Shown piece by piece: positions 1 to 12,230 of a DNA stretch of 64,000 nucleotides. The DNA is taken from assembly GCF_036321535.1 (NCBI RefSeq), contig NC_087437.1:82276001-82340000 (forward strand), given 5' to 3'. Positions within the stretch are counted from its first letter, which is position 1. Every line of letters begins with the position of its first letter. The notes beneath the pieces were generated by a model. That model was not told the origin of the DNA. It did not search any database and saw only the letters and a list, made by a program, of their open reading frames with translations. This DNA comes from Camelus dromedarius. Its lineage: Eukaryota. The position numbers and the translations under genes were made by a program.

Positions 1-735
1 TTTTGTATGGCTTTTTTCACTTGGTGTAATTATTTTGCAATTTACCCATGTTGTTGTGTGTGTTAATAGTTCTTTTCACTTCTTTTTTTTTTTTTTTAAA
101 TTCACTGGTTATTTTTGCTGAGTAGTAATTCATTATATGGATATACTACAGTTTGCTTAGTTACTCACCTATTGATGATTTGGGTTTCTCCTTTTTTTGG
201 CATTAAAAATAAAGATACTCTGAATGATGTATCTTGTTCATAGTGTACATAGTGAACTATGTACAAATCTCTCTATAGGTCCATATGCTTTCTTTTCTCT
301 TGGGTAAATACCTAGGAGTAGAATGACTATGTGGCATGATGCTTAAATATAGTATATTTTTAAATTTTTAAGAAACTGCGGAACTATTTTCTAAAGTGAC
401 TGTACCACTTTACAGTCTCATCAGCAGTTTATGGATGCTGCAGTTTCTAAATATCTTCACCAACACTTGGTATGGACAGTCTTCCTAATTTTAGCTGTTG
501 TAATAGGTATGTAGTATCCCACTGTGGTTATTTTTCACTTCTCTGATATTTAATTATGGCAAGCAGCTTTTTATGTGCTTATTTGCCATCCATATATCTC
601 CTTGGTGAAGTATCTGTTCAAATTTTTCATCTGTTTTAAAAAACTGAGTTGTTTTTTAAATTGTATTTTGTCTTTTTGTATTCTGGATATGAGGTCTTTG
701 TCAGATATATGCTTTATAACCATTCTGTGCATTTT
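1..735 (-). mobile_element. Old LINE-1 (L1M-type) fragment, ORF2 3' end/3' UTR, antisense
   Basis: Typical antisense L1 tracts: tttcttttctcttgggtaaatacctaggagtagaat, ttttaagaaactgcggaactattttctaaagtgactgtaccactttacagtctcatcagcag, ttttatgtgcttatttgccatccatatatc. Heavily diverged. Confidence 0.85.
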
Positions 736-2066
736 GATTTGTGAAGTTATGAATGTAGTCCTAAGTACTCTATAAATACATAAAATAGTACTTAATAATA
801 CTTAAAACTAAGCTTATAAAAATAATGCTGAAAACAAATGAAGATCAGTGCTATCTTAAGAATACGGTCAATAGGAGGTCAAGTTAGGCTTTCAGGTTCT
901 CATTTGATTACCTTTGGTTTTTCTATTGCTAAGCATTTTGCTCATATGTTCCTTCTCAGTATGGTGATAATTATCTGTCTTACCTATACAGAGCAGTTAG
1001 AAATGTAAAACATACTTTTTGTTATCAGATTATCCTACTTTCTTAATATAATCTTTACATTTTTGTCAAGGTAATGGATACACGTGGTTAGATAACACAA
1101 TATATATAGACAAGGCTTATAAAGATCATAAACAATTCTTTGATCTTTCCCTCACCTATCACCACTCTAAGTGACAATCACTTTCAACTCTTTTAGCTAC
1201 TTCTTCTAGTAATTGCTTCCGTATTTCTAATTGTTCTTATATAGGGTTATCTATTTTAGCCTTTATCCATTGATTCGCTTTTATGATAAAGGAAGATTTA
1301 GATCTTTTACATGCCTGCATCCATGCAGCCCCTCAGTTTTAGTTAAATCAGCAGACAGTGGTTGTACCAGTAATAATGCAAAGTAGCAATAACATAAATA
1401 ATGCAAGTATTTCCACTGTTCTTTAACAATGTATTGTGGATCCATTTACTTTCTTGTGCATCTTTCTATTTTCCTTTGAGTTAATTATTTATTTTATGCT
1501 ACACAGTTTTCTTGTACCTATTCTTTCTGTTTCTCATTTGCTCTGTCAGATTGGTCATATACCCATCAGTATATTTTCCCAAATGCTGAAACATTTTGAC
1601 TAATATATTAATTTTTTTCTCTTTTGGAACCTTCCTCCTTGAGATCCCTGTACTTCTGCTCCATTCTAGACTTGTTATTCTTCAAGCCTTCTGCATAGCT
1701 GATATTCTGGGTTTTACCTCCATGTTAGTTTTTCTATGTTCAGTGTCCATGTCTTTCATCTTGTCTTTTACCCTTTGGCTGGAGCATATCCTCTAGCAGC
1801 TTCCCAAAGAAGAACGCAAGGAAAGCAAAACTTATTTTTCCTTTATCCTTGATTGGAATTTTGCTAGATATGGAATTCTGGGTTGAAAATAATCTTCCTT
1901 TTAGGACTTTGAAGTAATTTTTCTCACTGTTTTTTTAGCATCTGATGTACCTCTTGAGAATTTGAATACAATTTTTAATTCTTTTACATGTGCTCCCCCG
2001 CCCCCCCATTTCCCTTTCCTCTCTAAAAATTTCTGCACTCTTTATTTTGGATGCTTATGGATATTT

Positions 2067-2783
2067 GTTTTTTGTTTGTTTGTTTAACATTTTTTATTGA
2101 TTTATAATCATTTTACAATGTTGTGTCAAATTTCAGTGTAGAGCACAATTTTTCAGTTACACATGAACATACATAGTCATTGTCACATTTTTTTCTCTGT
2201 GAGCTACCATAAGATCTTGTATATATTTCCCTGTGCTATACGGTGTAATCTTGTTTATCTATTCTACAATTTTGAAATCCCAGTCTATCTCTTCCCACCC
2301 CCTGCCCCCTTGGCAACCACAAGTTTTTATTCCATGTCTGTGAGTCTATTTCTGTTTTGTATTTCTTTTTTTTTTTAGATTCCACGTATGAGCGATCTCA
2401 TATGGTATTTTTCTTTCTCTTTCTGGCTTACTTCACTTAGAATGACATTCTCCAGGAGCATCCATGTTGCTGCAAATGGCGTTATGTTGTTGGTTTTTAT
2501 GTCTGAGTAGTATTCCATTGTATAAATATACCACTTCTTCTTTATCCAGTTATCTGTTGATGGACATTTAGGCTGTTTCCATGTCATGGCTATTGTAAAT
2601 AATGCTGCTATGAACATTGGGGTGCAGGTGTCTTTTTGAAGTAGGGTTCCTTCTGGATATATGCCCAGGAGCGGGATTCCTGGGTCATATGGTAAGTCTA
2701 TTCCTAGTCTTTTGAGGAATCTCCATACTGTTTTCCACAGCGGCTGCACCAAACTGCATTCCCATCAGCAGTGAAAGAGGGTT
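2067..2783 (-). mobile_element. Young lineage-specific 5'-truncated LINE-1 with target-site duplication
   Basis: ORF 2375..2752(-) translates to the L1 ORF2 C-terminus ([56 protein letters not shown]) with no stops. The (AAAC)n/A tail reads T-rich at 2067-2085. The direct repeat ttggatgcttatggatatttgtt occurs at 2047-2069 and 2782-2804. Confidence 0.97.
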
Positions 2784-3009
2784 GGATGCTTATGGATATT
2801 TGTTATGATGCTTGCTTGCTTTATAGGTCTTTTCATTGTGTGAGCATGTAGTGGATTTTCTTAGTCTGTGGAGGCACGTCCTGTTGGGGAAATTTTTTTC
2901 GATTATTTCAGTGATATTTTTTTCCCTGATTCTTCTGTGTTTCTGGAACTCTGATTTATCAAGTATTAGGATATTCCGAACTTGTCATTTTATCTATTCT
3001 ATTTTTTAT

Positions 3010-3195
3010 TTTTCAATCATTTTAATTTTTATTGAGATATAATTGATATGCAACATTATATTAGATTCAAGTGTACAACACAATGATTCAATATTTGGTA
3101 AATGCAAAATGATCACCTCAGTAAGTCTAGCTAACATCTGTCACCATAAATTGTTACAAATTTTTTTCTTGTGATGAGAACTTTTCAGACTTACT
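3010..3195 (-). mobile_element. L1 3' UTR terminal fragment (older subfamily)
   Basis: tttattgagatataattgatatgcaacattatattagattcaagtgtacaacacaatgattcaatattt...ttcttgtgatgagaactttt is an antisense L1 3' end preceded by a T-rich tail. Confidence 0.8.
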
Positions 3196-3330
3196 TTCTT
3201 GTCACCTCTCAGCCCATTTAACATTTTTATTCTATGTTTGAGAGATATCCTCAATTTATCTTCTAATCCTTCCAAATTTAAAATTTTGTCTATCACATTT
3301 CTACTTTCCCAGAATTCTTTATTATCTTTA

Positions 3331-3445
3331 AGCATTTTTTATTGATTTATAATCATTTTACAATGTTGTGTCAAATTCCAGTGTAGAGCACAAATTTTAA
3401 ATTATACATGAACATATATATATTCATTGTCACATTCCTTTCTCT
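3331..3445 (-). mobile_element. Short 3' end fragment of the same young L1 family as 2067-2783
   Basis: cattttttattgatttataatcattttacaatgttgtgtcaaattccagtgtagagcacaa is nearly identical to 2088-2150 and 20800-20860. Confidence 0.9.
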
Positions 3446-3659
3446 ATTATTTTTGATTGTTTCTCTTTTAATGCTCCCTTTCTGGTTGAATTAATGCCAT
3501 TTCTTTCTTACCTTTTTGAGAATTTAAACTTTGTGATGATTTTTGTTTGTTTGTTTTTTCCAACATAACCTGTTTCCTTGGCATCCTCAGCCTTTTGAGG
3601 GCTTCTGAAATTTGAATCAGCTCAATTTTCAATTCTTGTTGACCTTCCTGTAGCAGATG

Positions 3660-4115
3660 CTTGTCGCCATGCCAGATTCCCTTTAATTTGATTCTTGCAT
3701 TCCCCATCTTCAGGGGGCATTATTTTGTTACTGGCTTACATTTGCAGTCTTCTGTAGCTGCTGCTGGCCTGATAGAGCTTTGGAATGACCTCTTGATGGC
3801 ACAATTCAGGGACCTGTTGACACCTGCAAATGTTGGGCACTATCCTTCAGGATCCAGTATTTGCCCTAAGCCAGTGACCTTTATATGTTGCATTGTCCCT
3901 AGCAAGAACCCTACAAGCATCTGGGACCATCCAGTTCACCGACAGTATGCACCTCTCGGTTCTGTGGGTCTAGAGATCCTGGTTCCCAGAAGGGGAATTC
4001 TTCCTTGGACTGTAAGAGTCCAACTTAATTTAAAACTACATTTTGGCATTCTGGGATCCCCATTCCAGCAAACCATCAGGCAAAGGAAGGAACTGCCATG
4101 TTGGCAGGGGTAATA
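3660..4115 (+). mobile_element. ERVL-class internal fragment (ERV3-16A3-like), integrase end and downstream region, degenerate
   Basis: ORF 3661..4113 contains AAAGLIELWNDLLMAQ (compare ERVL integrase AAGLIERWNGLLK) and SVGLEILVPRRGILP..VQLNLKL.FG (compare ERVL SAGLEVLVP.GG.LPPG..PLNWKL..GHFG). Confidence 0.75.
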
Positions 4116-4837
4116 CCTCTACTGACATTTTAGTACATTTTTGGAGAGAAGAGTTATATGTATGTGGCCAATCTTATAAGGAAGTTTTAGCTCTCAGTAT
4201 GTAGAAATTCAGTTTTATTCTTTATTTTATATTTAATATGCCATTTCCACTAAAGATATTAAAGATTTCATTAAAAACTATTTAGATGAAAAGACAAAAT
4301 TAGAAATTGTAATGCTTTAAGTTTTAAACAAGGTTGTCAGAGATTCCAAGGAACAGTGTTTTGAGATGGAGTCATTCATTTTGCTTTTAGTTTAGTGTTT
4401 CCAAGAAACATTTTATTTAATAGAGGGCCATGTATGAAATGGTTTGAACAGGTTTGCTAATTTCTGCTGGAACAACAAATGCCAACACTTTTATTAATGA
4501 GATAAAACAAGGTCATTAGGATTATAATTATACGCCTTACTGAATTTTCACTAAGTTTATCCAGTTCATTATTGTTTTATTAAAATGCTTAATTACTATA
4601 ATCATACTTCTTGACTTCCAACAAATGTGTGTGTATGTGTATACTTATCATTTATGTCTACGTGATATATGTCACATATATATATATATGTGATATATAT
4701 CATTTATGTCTAAGTGACTTGATGCTGATTAGCCAAAAACCTTTTTGGAGTTCTTACAGAATGTCATATCAGCTACTTATGGGTCAGTCCTTACCTCATT
4801 GTGCCGTATCTATTTGTGCATGTCTTGCCTCCGCTAC

Positions 4838-4920
4838 AGAGTTGAAGGCAAGACCTTTGTCTTATTTATCTTTCTATCCCTGAAGAGTCTGGCACATGGT
4901 AGATGCTCAACTGGATATTG
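4838..4920 (+). mobile_element. L2 3' end fragment
   Basis: gaaggcaagacctttgtcttatttatctttctatccc...ctggcacatggtagatgctcaa matches the L2 3' terminus. Confidence 0.7.
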
Positions 4921-5411
4921 GTTTAAAACAAAACAGGAAAAATAAGCAAATATTTCTGTTTGGGAAATTTCCTATAGTCACCAATGACTTGCAAGTTACT
5001 TGAGGTATCTCTCAACCTGTCATCTCCTGCAGGTAAATAAATTGTCTCCCTTGCATCTCCTAACACTTTCTTGTTGCAAATAAATTTGGATCTGAGAATG
5101 TGCACAGCTGGTTTGAGTACCAGGTACCAAAGCATAGCTCAAGTGAAGTCATTCTTGTGCAGCTGTCTGGTTCATAGTCATTCAGTTTCACTTCACAGAG
5201 GCACAGTGTTTATGTTCTTCCTTACACATCTGCAGAACTCCTTTTAGAGTCAATGAGAATTACAGGCTTTTATTTAGCATGCTGGAGACACCATATGAGA
5301 TTTTATTTTGTGCTTATGTTTTCTTTTTCCTTTTACTGCCATAGGAAAGGATTAATATGTGGGTGATATTTTTGATATAACACAGTGTTATAAAATACAC
5401 ATAATCAAATA

Positions 5412-5530
5412 AATTTACAGTTGGAAAGGGCTTGAAATGTCATTTACTTAAGCACCCACCACCCTGTTTTACACATGAGAGAACTGAGGCTTACAGACCT
5501 TAAATGACTTGATTAAGTATAGTTACTGGT
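5412..5530 (-). mobile_element. MIR fragment
   Basis: MIR core in antisense: ctgttttacacatgagagaactgaggcttacaga...aaatgacttg. Confidence 0.7.
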
Positions 5531-6805
5531 AATGCAAGATGAGTGATGTCATCTCAGTGCAGGCATATTTTAGGGAACTGACACTCAGTTCTCAGACATG
5601 CAGAAGTCATTTAATAAATCAGGTTATAATAGATTTCCATTGTATTTAGTATTTTAAAATATTTAAAATTTTTTAATAGTTAATACTAGTATATTAAATA
5701 TTTTAGTATTTTAAAATCTCAGTTAATTAAATATTAGAAGTTAGTGTTTGCCATTTAATTAGTTTTTGCTGAATAATTAAGGAATCAAACTTTTGATATT
5801 GAAAATTATTCCAACATTCATCAATGTCTGCTACTGCTTTATGTCGCACAAGGTCATGGGGCCATTTTAATCTTAAATCAATGAATAAAAGACTTTTGTT
5901 GCTCCAGGATCATTGGTGTGAGATTCTGGAACTGAATATATAAAATGTAAGAGATCATTCTGAATATATACTGAACCCAGGACATACATGTAGGGAGAAA
6001 TTTTTTAGAATGATTCCTTATGTAAATTAGTTTTAGTGCTTTTTAATTTTTCTAACAAAAAGTTGAACATGTTAAACAAATGTTTGGATTATTTGAAAGT
6101 CAGAGTTGAGTAGGTTCTGCTAATTTCCAAGCTGTTCTAAATCTTAATGAATGACTGTGATCATGCTCAGGCCCGCGAGGGTTTTATCCACAGCCTGATA
6201 TTCTTTCAGACCTCACTCACATGCCTTCTGTTTGTGAATATTAATCGCTTTCTCAAACATCAGAATAGAAGATCCTGGAAAGTTACAAAAAGGCTAACAA
6301 TTATGTACCAAGAGTACCCTATGTCAAATTCAGAGAGAGCAAGAAGGTGTCTGGGGTTAAAGTCAATAAGAAATGGGGGCTGCAAGGACAGGGAACCCAG
6401 GCCAGGAAAATGAGAGACCTTTAAGGGCTCAAGGGTCCAGTCAGTATCAGAAGATAGAGCATTAGTAATATAAGTCAAGGGTCTGTACAACAAGAGGTTA
6501 AGGATCTGAAAAGATCTGAAAAAGTGGGACCACACTTATCAGAAGCAAGAATGAACTTCAGCAGAGAATACACATTGAAAGAAGAAATTTGAAGTAAGCG
6601 CTGCTCTTCATATGTTTCCTTCTCAACACCTGGGACATATCTAGTCCAAGTCAAAAGATGGGGCACCTGGATGAAGGCAGGTGCGTGTGAGGGCTGAGCA
6701 AGAAGACTTCTAAGACAGAGATTGTGCTCTCATTTCTTCTCTAAGTCCCTCTCTTCTGTGCATTGTAGTTCCACAAATTCTCACAAAGTAAAAGCCGTAT
6801 GAATG

Positions 6806-6807
<2 letters not shown>

Positions 6808-6846
<39 letters not shown>
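6808..6846. repeat. (AC)n microsatellite, about 19 units
   Basis: Perfect AC dinucleotide run, read directly. Confidence 0.98.
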
Positions 6847-6848
<2 letters not shown>

Positions 6849-9800
6849 TGCTTTGAAGGGACTCTGGATCAGACTTAAGACACATATGGTTAGTAGTAAA
6901 TGGATTAGTTTAGATTAAAGATTTGGACAAAGCTGCATGCTTTGCTTAAGCTAATTTACCAGAATTGTTACTGGTGAGGATAAGAATTACCATCTTTCAT
7001 TTCTTATATGTAGTTGTAAGGCTTCTCCCTCACAGACTTCCCGTCACATGCCACTCTGTATTCACTGAGCTCACTGCTGACTTGTGTGTTACTTTGTGAT
7101 TCTTTCGGGACTATTGATAGGGAAGATTTCCCAGGACCAATGAGGTCAGTAAGAATTTGAACAATGGAAAGAACAAAAGAATTAATTAGCTTTCTCTTTA
7201 GAGTCTGCTTTTGTGGAAAACATTGGGAAGATTAGGCATCAATAAGTATTTTCAAACAGCATAGAATTTTTTAGCTGGAGGGGACTATGAAAGTTTATAT
7301 GGAAATGGTTTTGGGTTATGATGTTATCGAATTTTAAGTTGTCATTGCAACTCAGTTGGAGGCCCCTCGAACATGTGAAAGCCCAGGAATTGTGACAAGA
7401 ACTGTTTTCTTGTTCTAGTCTCATCACATTATTGCAGGATGACTTGCAAATTTATTTTACCTCTCTACAACTCCATTTCTCTGTTTAAGACATGACACTT
7501 TTAGACTAAAGCTGTAGGGTCCTTTTCAGCTCTGTTCATGATTTATGTTTTGTTTATCTAACAAAGTTTTGGCAAATAATGGATGCTCATTTAATAAATA
7601 CTTACTGACTGATTGTGGCTCTCACAAAGCCATATGGTTCTAAGAGAGAGAAGTGATCCCATGAGTTGAGTAAACAAGAGGAGAAGGATATGGGTGAATA
7701 AACCTACAAATTGAGTGTTTCACTGAAATGTATCATAAAGATGACCTGCTGGGCTCTGGTCATCAGATAGCACACACACACAACTACTTTCAACAAGTAG
7801 AACTGCAGGTGACAAAAGTTATGTCAACATCTGAATGAGGTGTAGATTAGCAGGACCTAATTTCTTCGAGAGGGCTGATAAATGAGACAGAGAAAATAAG
7901 GCCAACAGGAAGGGCATCCAAGTAAATTGGGATAAAGTCCAGCCTACAGATTGTTCCCAGCAGAGGTGTAAGAGATTCGATTGTAATTGGCAGAGAAGGT
8001 ATTTGCTCTCTGCGTGAGAAGAGCCAGCAAGAACAATGGAAGAGACCCGAAAAAAGAAATGAGACATTCCCCAAAGATGGAAAGACTGATATAGTCATAC
8101 AGCAGAAACAGACTCTCTCCTCTTACGTTTTATATTATCTTACCTCTTCTTTCCTCATAAACAGTTTTTTTTTCTTGCTTTTGTCTTCCTGTCACCTCTC
8201 AAAAGACTTGAGACTTAGATTAGAGTCTCTAAATACTAATGGAAACTCATACTTGAATCTTTAAGTTGGGAGATGCTTACTCAGAGGCCCCTGAGAGATT
8301 CTCACAATAGAGTTGCTTCTGAGGACTTGGGAAATGACCAGTCTCTTTGATTTCCTGGGGAAAGCCACCACAACAAAGTCCTCCAGGTCAAAGCTCAGCT
8401 TTACACTGCACAAGAAATTGCAAATTTTGACTTTTTGGTGGGTTCACAGAGAGGTCACCAGGACTAGTTCCTGCACACATTGCCAGTAACAACAGACTTG
8501 TCCACAATGGAAAAAAAAAGAATATTGTTCCAAAGTCTCTGTGGATGAGTTTAAAAACTTGATGAAATGATTGATCAAGTCCTGATATGATCTGATTAAA
8601 TGTATCGAAGAGTGACTTGGAGTAACAGCAAACACACAAACTTAGGTGGAGCAAGGCAAGATGTCTCATTTCTGTGACTTCTGCAGTATTAAACTCATAG
8701 GTTTATTGTTATTTTCAAAGAAGAGGCACAGTTGTCTCAGGCCTCTCCCTATGTCTCCTTTGCCCCCAAATGTGATTTGATGTCCTTCTGCTCTCTTGAA
8801 TCTTTTTTCACTCTTCCCTGCTATTTTGGGCAATAGTCTCAATGAACTTTGGAAACCAGGTCCAAGCCTGCACAGACAGATTGTCTGCAGAGCTCATAAT
8901 GCTGCTGCCAGTCTAGGTCATCACTGTTAAACACGGGCTCTCTCTTGATCTCGCAAAGCATCACAGCTGTCTCTGTGTTTGGAGAACCCATGTTGTCTGA
9001 AAGGAAGCTTTGTTCATTTACAGCACTGTGTCCAAAGCATTCTACTTGGGAAGGCTGTACCATGGGTCATGAGACCCTTTCCAATTATAACTCTTGGGCA
9101 GGAGGGTAGAAGTTTCCTAGGTAAGGAAGTTAACGTTTCACTCTAGAAGAAATTCATTATCTTCTAAAAATAAGGGGGCACATCTGAAACAAAGGGGACT
9201 TAATTCAAATACAGTTGGCAAATATAATTTTAGACTAGTGAGGAAAACTTACCAACACAAAACTCAGTGGAAAGCGAATTACCTGTGAAAAGAGCTTGTG
9301 CTCTTTCAAATGGCCTGATCCCCAATGGATGAAGAGCTCTTTGTGCCTCCCAGGCACTTTAATGTAGGGTATTGGGGGAAAGTCTTTGCCTTTGATCTTA
9401 GTTTTCAGTCTTGGTGTTTTAACATATCACTGTTTTTCATGAAAACATTTCAAAGAAGTTGAAACCCTGTTTGAATCCTTGGAGCTGTAAGCTCATTTTG
9501 TGTCGATGAGGGACTGAAGACTGTGAGTCCTTGGTTTCGTTTTCCTTTTGATGGGGCTGTAATAAACTGTTCTGCATACTTTGGACTTGGGGAGTTGGGA
9601 GATAGTGCTGCTGTGGAACACACCAGTCTCCTGAGAACCAGGGCAGCCCACTGAGAAGGCTCTTCTGAGGGTCAGCTTGGAAGGAGCCACAAGAAAAAAG
9701 GGTGAGGGTTAATAACTCCCTTTGTGAGGCTTGCTGGCAGTGGCACTTCACCTCAAATGGAAATTTCAGAAGTTTCTGTACTGCTCACAAGAGCATTCCT

Positions 9801-10107
9801 GGAGTTGAGTAGCAGAAAGTTAGGCCAAGCATAATGTCGTGACTCTGCTGAACACAGCTCTGTCTCCAGGAACTCATCATCATCATCTAATAGCATTTAT
9901 TAAAAGCCCACACACATATGGTGCAGAGCGAACCACATTAAACAAGCACGGTTCAGTTGCTGTTCCTCAGGAGGGCCACAATTTAAAACACTAAGAAAAC
10001 CATCCCTTGCTTCTGTTAAGCTGTGTTCTGACAACTCAGGAACACTGAAAAAGGAGATTGCTTACACAGTGACTAATCATAATACAGATAATAATTAGTG
10101 TACTGAA

Positions 10108-10249
10108 TTTTTTTTTTTTTGCTTTGTTTTTTGGACAGGGGAGGTAATTAGGTTTGTATTTTGTTTTTCATTAATGGAGGTACTGAGGATTGAACCCAGG
10201 ACCTCGTGCATGCTAAGCATGCACTCTACCACTGAGTTATACCCACACC
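10108..10249 (-). mobile_element. tRNA-Ala-derived SINE of camelid (Vic-1) type
   Basis: The reverse complement reads ggtataactcagtggtagagtgcatgcttagcatgcacgaggtcctgggttcaatcctcagtacctcca (A box TAACTCAGTGG, AGC anticodon loop, B box GGTTCAATCC). This is followed by aaacctaattacctcccc and an A-rich tail. Degenerate flanking repeats: tagtgtactga/tagggcactaa. Confidence 0.9.
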
Positions 10250-10269
10250 TAGGGCACTAATAAAATACT

Positions 10270-10508
10270 AATTAGTATAGGCATCATTAATTAAGGACTT
10301 TCTCTGTGCCTGGTCTAAAGCTATTTACTTATGCTAAGGCAAAAAGATCTTTATTGCAACTCAATGAAGTAGGTATCATTAATTTATTTATTTTATGAAA
10401 GAGGCAAATGAAGCATAGACAAGTTAAATAATTTGCCCATGAAAACAAAGCTACAAGGCAGCAGAGCCAGGACTTGAACTTAGGTTTATTTAAAGCCAAA
10501 GGCCATAC
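10270..10508 (-). mobile_element. MIR, near full length
   Basis: gaagtaggtatcatt...attttatgaaagaggcaaatgaagcatagacaagttaaataatttgccca...ggcagcagagccaggacttgaacttagg. Confidence 0.8.
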
Positions 10509-10894
10509 GGGGCCATACTGTCAGTTCTCTCTCATGAGAATTGAAAGGCCTTGGGTGGGTTCCTAGAATATGTTTACAGTATAATAACTTCTATACTTTT
10601 TATAGCATGATGATTGATCTGTAACTTTTCAGAAACCACCTCATTTGACTTTCTTTATTTGAAATGGTGGTGTTCCTACCATTAATGGGGTTAGGACATT
10701 TCTTTGGCATGGGAAACCGGAGTTGTGGGGCTGATGGGTCTCAAGAGTCTCTACAGTAGTTTACACACCAGATTGAATGAAGAAGACCTAGATAACTGGT
10801 CAGAATCATCCAGGCCACAGAATTTTGAAAAGCACACTTCCTATAATTATCTATGCTGATTAATAACCCTCAGTTGGGAGAGAGGAGGACTCAA

Positions 10895-12230
10895 GTAATT
10901 TCAGTCTCTTTCCTTCGATATTTATGCTGCTTGGTGTTCTCTGAGCTTCCTGAATCTGTGGCTTGGTATCTGACATTAATTTGGAGCAATTCTCAGTCAT
11001 TTCTTCAAGTATTTCTTCTGTTCCTTTATCTCTTCTCCTTCCAGTCTTCCCATTACACATATGTTGTACTTTGTGTACTTGTCCACAGCCCTTGGATGTT
11101 CTGGTCTGTTGTTTTTCCAACCTTACCTTGGCTTTCGGTTTTGGAGTTTTCTATTGGGATGTCCTCAAGCTCAGAGATTCTTTCCTTAGCTGTGTCCCAT
11201 TAAAGGCATTCCATATTTCTGTTACGGTGTTTTTGATCTCTAGCGTGTCTTTTTGGTTCTTTCTTGGGATTTCCATCTCTCCGCTTACATTGCCTGTCTA
11301 TTCTTGCATGTTGTCTACTTTATCCATTAGAACCCTTCACATATTAATCATGGTTTTAAATTCCGGATCTGAGAATTCAATATCCCTGTCATGTCCGGTT
11401 CTGATGTTTGCTCTGTTTCTTCAAATCGTGTTTTGGTTTTATTTATTTTTTTTTCTTTATTTCTTTCTTTTTGCTGTTTGGCATGCCTTTTCTCTTGGTA
11501 GCAGGACATGAGGTACCAGGTAACCGGAACTGCGGTCAATAAGCCTATAGTAATGCGGCGGTGAGGTGTGGGGGAGGGGAAGCGCTCTGTCCTCCGGTGA
11601 TTGGGCGGCAGGCATTTGTGAGCTTGTGCCTCTGGGCTGGAACGTAACTAGAGTGTCGCAGTTTTTTTCTCCCCCATGAGGTGGGACAGGAACGGCCAGA
11701 GTGGGCTAACGTTGGTTATTTCCCTTCCCACAAGTCATTTAGGCTCTGATAACACCCAGCAGGTGAGGCTCCGGTTAACTAGTTTCCGGGGCGGGCAGGC
11801 GGGCTTTTTAAGAAGAACAGAGGACGCTGGGATATTTCAAAATGGCTCCTATTCTTCTCCTGTCTGTTGGGAGCAGGAGAGGATTTTTCTCCGGTGTTTT
11901 CTGAAGAACTCTGGTCGGGCTCCCTGAGGTAAATCTCGCAGTATTATAGGGCCCCCCTATTACTGCGACTCCCTGGAGTTTTTAACTCTCAGACATTTTC
12001 CTGTGGAGCCTCGAGAACATCGTCACAGTTCCCGGTTTCCTGCTCGGCACTTCATCCCAAAGGTAACTCCTTCTCTTTGCCTGTTTCTCTAATCCTGGGG
12101 GCAGTGGTTTGCCCTGCGTCCTCTTCACTGTTACGGTTACAAGATGAGTTGTTGATTTTTGTCTATTCATCTTTTTACTTGTTGTTTACTTGCGGCTTCC
12201 AAGCGCCTCACACAAGGAACTAGAAGCCAG
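10895..12230 (-). mobile_element. Ancient L1 5' UTR plus ORF1 start (L1MD/L1M4-type 5' end)
   Basis: ORF 10860..11120(-) gives RRDKGTEEILEEMTENCSKLMSDTKPQIQEAQRTPSSIN, an L1 ORF1 remnant. 11540-12230 follows the L1MDa-like 5' UTR (gggcccccctat..ctggagtttttaactctcagac; ggggcagtggtttgccctg; gagttgttgattttt..ctttttacttgttgtt). Confidence 0.85.

Larger units (their letters stand above)
1560..3500 (-). mobile_element. Ancient L1-related (HAL1/L1M ORF1-region) fragment, antisense, interrupted by younger L1 insertions
   Basis: Motifs ggagcatatcctctagcagcttcc and tatggaattctgggttgaaaataatcttccttttaggactttgaag resemble the HAL1/L1ME antisense ORF1 region. The element resumes after 2805 (ttctggaactctgattt; atatcctcaatttatcttctaatccttc). 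Confidence 0.55.

Noticed and set aside
2375..2752. 125 aa ORF as a host gene
   Set aside because: It is the C-terminus of L1 ORF2 in a 5'-truncated copy with no promoter or upstream ORF2.
8472..8645. Protein-like + strand frame (CTHCQ*QQTCPQWKKKEYCSKVSVDEFKNLMK*LIKS*YDLIKCIEE*LG) in which the TGA stops might be decayed CGA codons, suggesting a pseudogene or transposase relic
   Set aside because: I cannot match it to any family, there is no poly(A) or TSD, and this stop density is expected in AT-rich DNA. Only a significant BLASTX/HMMER hit would rescue it.
10175..10249. Functional tRNA-Ala gene
   Set aside because: The acceptor and T stems are disrupted, and it is followed by a SINE body and A tail rather than a Pol III terminator.
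10963..11511. 182 aa hydrophobic ORF
   Set aside because: It is the antisense reading of L1 ORF1/5' UTR. T-rich antisense L1 commonly gives long Leu/Phe/Ser-rich frames.
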